Source: Candidatus Dojkabacteria bacterium
GTDB taxonomy: Bacteria; Patescibacteriota; Dojkabacteria; JAOAGR01
Length of the DNA stretch: 64,000 bases
Direction: 5' to 3'
Assembly (NCBI GenBank): GCA_026415655.1
Contig: JAOAGR010000004.1
Coordinates: 43 to 64,042, forward strand
In this document: positions 61,830-64,000 of the stretch, one piece after another
How the letters are laid out: every line of letters begins with the position of its first letter
How positions within the stretch are numbered: the first letter of the stretch is position 1
The notes under the pieces: model-generated
The model's input: the letters and a program-made list of their open reading frames with translations, nothing else
Told to the model about the DNA's origin: nothing
Databases searched by the model: none
Position numbers and translations under genes: made by a program

Positions 61830-64000
61830 TCAGACTTGTTTTATTAAATCAATTAATTCTGTTCTATTTATTCGTTCTTTAAATATAATTTTAACATTGT
61901 CATTATTATATTTCTTAGTTAGCTCTTCAAAATATTTCTTTGCAAAATCAATTTTGTCTTTTTCACTTGTAGGTATTTCTGTGTATGTGTTATAACCTTT
62001 AGCCTCAACAATAAGATACAATTTATGTCCATCTTTGTTTTTTATGACATAACAAAAATCAGGGCTATATTCACCTAGTGGAGTTTTAATTTTTAATCGT
62101 GGTAGTTTTGCAAAAATTTCTATGCTCTCAATATCAGGATCCCCTTCTACAATATCCAATTCAAAATCACTATCGTATTCAATTATATCTTCGAAGATCC
62201 ATTTGGTTTTTAGAGAAAAATCTTTTTCAATATCCTTTTGATATTTTCCTGTAGTCCCTGGTTCTAAATAGGCTCTGTCTTTATCTTTCTTAAATATATT
62301 GGGTAGTCCTACACCATCGATACCATCATATTTTATATTTGTTTTTATTATTGCTATTAGATGTTTTTTTATTATTTCACTAATCTCGTTTTGTGCTCGT
62401 TCGGGATTGTTGCAAAGTATTTTCTCTCTAAAATTTATACTTAAAGTGTTAAATATTTTAACCACGAAAGAAAGAGGAGTTTTTGTGCTATTTGATATAG
62501 CATGTACGAATTCAATATAATCGACTTTACTTTTATAAGAAATTGTATTTACCAAAGATTTTGTGATAGCATTTTCTTGATCAATTTTTCTTACATTAAT
62601 ATCAGTACGAATGGTTTGAAGTAAAATCTCTTCTATATTAAGTTTTTCTATTTCGGCCCTAATGTTATAAATAAGTTGTTTTTCCTCTTCTTCATTTAAA
62701 TTATCTAAAATATAAAACGAATTTTTATTTATCGTATTCCACAAATCCTGAAATTCTTTAAGATGAGTGGGTTTAATATATAAATTATTTTTATTCTTTT
62801 TCTTGCTTGCTTTTTGGGCGTAGGTTTTAGCATCTGAAGCAAATATATTTTCTAATACTTTTGTTTGTTCAATCGGCAAGTTTAACTGTTTTAGTTTAAT
62901 AGAATAATCAGGAGATTTTTCATATATGTCAATCCCATCTACATTTCCTTTAAAGATTATTAGTTCATTTTCATCTAGTTTTTTAAATAAGTTACGGGTT
63001 GTCGTATCGTCAAATTTCCCTCTTTCTTTTATTAATTTCTTTAGTTCATTCTCGCCAAATGTTTCGGGAATGAGGAAAGAATTATTGAGTATTTCTCTCT
63101 GTATAGATTCAACAAAACCTTGTTCTTTACCTGAGACAATAACATCAAGGTTATTAAGCTTCCAGAATAGCTCCTGATCTTCGTTCAAAGTCTTTAATGT
63201 TTGCCTTTGTAATTCTTGATTTACACAAATTCTAAGACCACGACCAATCTGCTGTAGTTTTGATATATCACTTCCTTGATTAGACAATTTACAAATAGTA
63301 AAGACATTTGGATTATCCCAACCTTCTTGTAATGCCCAGATAGAAAAAATAAAACGGGTTGGACTTTCAAATGAAAGTAGTCTTTTTTTATCATTTAATA
63401 TCTCATCAACTCCCGCTTGTATTTTTTCGTCTTTATTTCCTTTATCACCAGAAAAATATCCTTTATGGATCTGCAAATTGCCCTCATTGTCAAAATCATT
63501 TTTTAGGTATTTATAATAATCGCTATCTTCTGGAATCGAATTTATAATTTCGTCTCTTTTTAAGATATATTCTTCTTCAAAAAATTTTTTAATCCTTGCA
63601 TTATCGCCGCGATAAAGACTTATATCATTGGGAATAAAAAATAAAGTTAGCGCTTTTATTCCTTTTTCAAATAAGATTTGTTCTTTTTCAAAATGTATCT
63701 TAATGGTTTGTCTGATCATTGACCTTATAGATTCGTCAGACAATGAATAATCTATTGTTTCTATAGTATCAGCTGATAAAACAATGTTGTCTTTATTGAT
63801 CTTTTTGATACTTTTTCCATTAAAAATAGATCCGATGCCCAGTTCGCGTCTTATAACTACTCCATTTGAAATGGTATTTACAATAGCTTTTTTGTCTTCG
63901 ATACCAACTAAAGTATCTTTATTTTCTACACTATCCTGCGTATAAACTACAATTTTCTTCACTAAACTCTGACGAAAAGAGCTAATGCTATCTAAAACAT
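61830..64000 (-). CDS. res: Type III R-M Res subunit, 5' end outside the window
   Basis: FSIWALQEGWDNPNVF, QQIGRGLR, YSPDF...IVEAKG; frame open to the window edge. Confidence 0.92.
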   Translation of the reverse strand, partial: VLDSISSFRQSLVKKIVVYTQDSVENKDTLVGIEDKKAIVNTISNGVVIRRELGIGSIFNGKSIKKINKDNIVLSADTIETIDYSLSDESIRSMIRQTIKIHFEKEQILFEKGIKALTLFFIPNDISLYRGDNARIKKFFEEEYILKRDEIINSIPEDSDYYKYLKNDFDNEGNLQIHKGYFSGDKGNKDEKIQAGVDEILNDKKRLLSFESPTRFIFSIWALQEGWDNPNVFTICKLSNQGSDISKLQQIGRGLRICVNQELQRQTLKTLNEDQELFWKLNNLDVIVSGKEQGFVESIQREILNNSFLIPETFGENELKKLIKERGKFDDTTTRNLFKKLDENELIIFKGNVDGIDIYEKSPDYSIKLKQLNLPIEQTKVLENIFASDAKTYAQKASKKKNKNNLYIKPTHLKEFQDLWNTINKNSFYILDNLNEEEEKQLIYNIRAEIEKLNIEEILLQTIRTDINVRKIDQENAITKSLVNTISYKSKVDYIEFVHAISNSTKTPLSFVVKIFNTLSINFREKILCNNPERAQNEISEIIKKHLIAIIKTNIKYDGIDGVGLPNIFKKDKDRAYLEPGTTGKYQKDIEKDFSLKTKWIFEDIIEYDSDFELDIVEGDPDIESIEIFAKLPRLKIKTPLGEYSPDFCYVIKNKDGHKLYLIVEAKGYNTYTEIPTSEKDKIDFAKKYFEELTKKYNNDNVKIIFKERINRTELIDLIKQV

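Noticed and set aside
560-63547. Short antisense or nested ORFs in the track (e.g. 560-967, 2364-2705, 6806-7138, 51076-51504, 54526-54906)
   Set aside because: They are shadows of well-supported genes and carry no independent motifs

Overview
A very AT-rich bacterial chromosome segment using the standard genetic code. It is probably from a Patescibacteria/CPR lineage such as Dojkabacteria; this is inferred from the short IF-2, the Pro/Thr-linker surface proteins and the gene mix, and is not verified. Housekeeping and metabolic genes include ilvD, malic enzyme, miaB, infB, rny, pyrD, ilvA-ridA, radA, galE, dcd/thyX, rfbCDBA and dnaN. Three tRNAs (Asn, Ser, Pro) are each followed by a restriction-modification island (two Type III, one Type II). 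Five observations stand out. (1) An unannotated Phe/Tyr-rich 20-aa leader peptide with a complete ribosome-dependent attenuator controls a PfkB kinase - divergent DAHP-synthase-like - class I aldolase operon, possibly a dedicated erythrose-4-phosphate-supplying entry module to aromatic biosynthesis. (2) A 440-bp DUF559/Vsr-like nuclease cassette, bounded by covarying double-hairpin inverted repeats, is inserted in frame inside a Type III Mod gene and is a candidate selfish element. (3) A probable oriC with DnaA boxes and DnaA-trios lies beside dnaN with no adjacent dnaA. (4) Leaderless promoter architecture (TANNNT-N6/7-start) recurs across the window. (5) Five genes carry single in-frame stops, including both Type III mod genes. 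No CRISPR array, rRNA, integrase or transposase was seen.
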